DNA from: Lama guanicoe | Lineage: Eukaryota | DNA length: 64,000 nucleotides | Assembly: GCA_013239625.1 (NCBI GenBank) | Contig: MU053881.1 | Span: forward strand, 14,064,373-14,128,372 | Direction of reading: 5' to 3' | Part shown: positions 61,840 to 64,000 of the stretch, piece after piece | Position numbering within the stretch: the stretch's first letter is position 1 | Layout of the letters: each line of letters starts with the position of its first letter | Position numbers and translations under genes: made by a program | Notes under the pieces: model-generated | The model's input: the letters and a program-made list of their open reading frames with translations, nothing else | Told to the model about the DNA's origin: nothing | Databases searched by the model: none

Positions 61840-62640
61840 GGTTGAAATGTCTTGCCCCTTTACCCGTAACTGCTTTAGGATGAATTTCCTACGAACAAGA
61901 ACAATCTCTTACATAACCATCACAATTGGGAGATTTAACATTATTAAAATACTGTTTCTAACCCACATTTCATATTTAATTTTTTCCCTTTGTCCAATAA
62001 AACCTGTTTCATCTCCCCCTAGTCCAGGATCCAGTCCAGAATTACACATTATACACTTAGTTGTCACATCTTTTTTAGTCTTCTTTAATCAGAAACAGTT
62101 CCTCTGCCTTTCTTTGACCTTTGACATTTGAAAAACCTAAGCCAGTCATTTGGTAGACTAGCCTCCAGTTTGAGATTTTTCAACATTCCCTTGTGACCAC
62201 AGAGGTGACGTGCTCCTCAGTATGTTGTGTCAGGAAGTCCAAGATAGCAGATTATCCCAATATCGGTGATGTTTGATCTCTTGGGTAAGGTGGTGTCTGC
62301 CACATTTCTCCACTACAAAGTGATTTTTTTAACTATTGTAATTAATAATTTGAAGGAAAGATACTTTGCAAGTGTTGTTTTTGTTTTTTATTTTTTCGGT
62401 TTTGGGGGGTTTTTTGTTGTTTTTCAGTTGGGGGAGTAATTAGGGTTATTTATTTAATGGAGGTACTGGGGATTGAACCCAGGACCTTGTGCTTGCTGGC
62501 CTTGTGCGCTACCACTGAGCTACACCCTCCCTCAACCACTGAAGGAAAGATACTTTGAAACTATGCAAATGTTCAGTTCCTCATCAAACTTTCTTCTACT
62601 AGTTTGGCACCCATTTTATATCTGCTTTGTTTTTAAGGAA
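61840..62640 (-). mobile_element. Old L1 3' end (L1MC4/5-like), interrupted by a SINE
   Basis: 'agtccaggatccagtccagaattacacatt', 'ggtaaggtggtgtctgccacatttctccactacaaag', 'agatactttgaaactatgcaaat'. Confidence 0.8.
62375..62531 (-). mobile_element. tRNA-Ala-derived camelid SINE (Vic-1 type) with 18-bp TSD
   Basis: Minus strand GGGAGGGTGTAGCTCAGTGGTAG...GGTCCTGGGTTCAATCCCCAGTACCTCC. Perfect TSD TGAAGGAAAGATACTTTG at 62351-62368 and 62540-62557. Confidence 0.93.
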
Positions 62641-63899
62641 GCTTATTTTCCATTGTTAATTTTTAAAAAAAGAATATGATTACGATAAAAGAACTTTCTA
62701 AATTACCCCGCCGAAAACACCTGCCTCTCCCCTACCAATTCAGTCTTCTTTGTGAAGGTCTTACCCCCTAAAATTGAGAAACGTCTGATAAGTACCGTAT
62801 TAGCCAAGGCCAGACTTCTCATTTGCATGTTCAACTCTATTCATGAGTAGTCTTTTCATTTCCTTTTCTTGTACAATAATATTTCTTTAAAAAAAAGAGC
62901 CCATGAAAGGGGCACTTATTTTAATAATGAGAAATAAGATGTGTATTACTATTTCAGACTTACCAGCTGTCATAATATTGCTTTTGGTCACGTTACGATC
63001 GGCGTCAGTAATTACATTTACTTTCTCATGCCGTATACAAGGGCTCACTTAAGACTCTGAAGAGCGTCTTGCAGCCTTGGGGGTCTGTGGGTTGGAAATC
63101 ATCAGGATTAAAGTCCGTGAGGAGAATTAGGATCAGGGTCAGATCACAGGAGCAGCAGGAAGGTAAAATATTACCATTTAAACAAGAAACGGGACTTTTC
63201 CTCCTTTCGTGAATCACGTTTTCCGTGACAGAGGAGGCTGCTTGCTGTAAGATGAATAGTACCTGACATTCACTCATCCATTTATTCAAGAGAAAACCAT
63301 CCTGCGGGCCTACCAGGGGAGAAGCACCACTGTGTACAGCTTCTAACCGTGTAAAGTGTGCATTTGGATAGGTTCCTCCGGGTACTTATCTTTGGGTAAG
63401 CTCTTCGTAGCAAGATTTGGCTAAAAGTAACCTTGAGGGCTTGCTTACAGAGTGTATCAAAAGCGCTCAGACACTGGAATACCCTAGATAAAGCAGCGTC
63501 TCCCACCATCTAAGAAGTCCATCTGCTTGGCTCAGGGCTCAGTCTCAGGAACCACCAGCTGGAGTAGAGAAAAAGGAAGGATCTCCAACCCCTACCCCTA
63601 GTCAGCCAGATCAGAAAAAGCCAGCCATGTCCATTCATGCAACCACATTCATCACAGCCCAGTCACCTCGCGCTCAAATTTCCTAAGAAAGAAACTCTCC
63701 TCTGTACCACCTGTCACTCTCCTGTGAGGTCCTGACCGCAAATGAGGTTCTCCGAAATGTCACCAGTATCAGAAAATGTTAGAGCCAGGACAACCTAAGG
63801 AATAAATATCTTTCCCTTTAAGACGTACCTCAGTTTACTTTATGTACTGTCTGATTTGTTCCTTACCAAAAAAAAAAAAAAACAGGTAGAATAAGACCA

Positions 63900-64000
63900 A
63901 GTTTCCTCATGTTACGCTGAGGAAACTGGACACCAGCAAGGTGGAAGGACGTCCCCAGTTAGGAATGAACAGAGCTCGAATTCTGACCTCTGGGGTCATA
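63900..64000 (-). mobile_element. MIR SINE fragment
   Basis: 'cctcatgttacgctgaggaaactggacaccagcaaggtggaaggacgtcccc'. Confidence 0.65.

Noticed and set aside
1..64000. The many 60-180 aa ORFs in the six-frame track as protein-coding genes
   Set aside because: Most fall in repeats or antisense to them, many start at non-ATG codons, none resembles a cellular protein I recognise, and there is no chain of phase-compatible exons.
1..64000. CRISPR-like arrays, rRNA, or prokaryotic/viral insert
   Set aside because: No regularly spaced repeats, long ORFs or compositional block unlike mammalian DNA was seen.

Overview
Mammalian (eutherian) non-coding genomic DNA, most likely from a camelid. Two tRNA-Ala-derived SINEs of the Vic-1 type and several cetartiodactyl/camelid-type L1 3' ends are present, and I saw no ruminant BovB/Bov-tA or pig PRE-1 elements. 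I can support no protein-coding gene: the only ORFs with recognisable homology are decayed L1 ORF1/ORF2 and Tigger1 transposase pieces. A large share of the window is interspersed repeat (MIR, L2, old and young L1, MaLR/ERV LTRs, MER20/MER5A/MER8/Tigger1), often nested. The best-supported unusual signals are retrotransposition scars readable directly from target-site duplications: an L1 3' transduction with its own poly(A) signal (45.8 kb), an internal deletion in that same L1, and a twin-priming 5' inversion (13.9 kb). Unique sequence holds a strong CTCF-like motif, PBX/MEIS and STAT motif clusters, and isolated splice-signal pairs that may be microexons or recursive splice sites. These are candidates only. 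Repeat subfamily names come from recalled consensus sequences, not a search, and boundaries of old elements are approximate. I found no evidence for a wholly new biological system.
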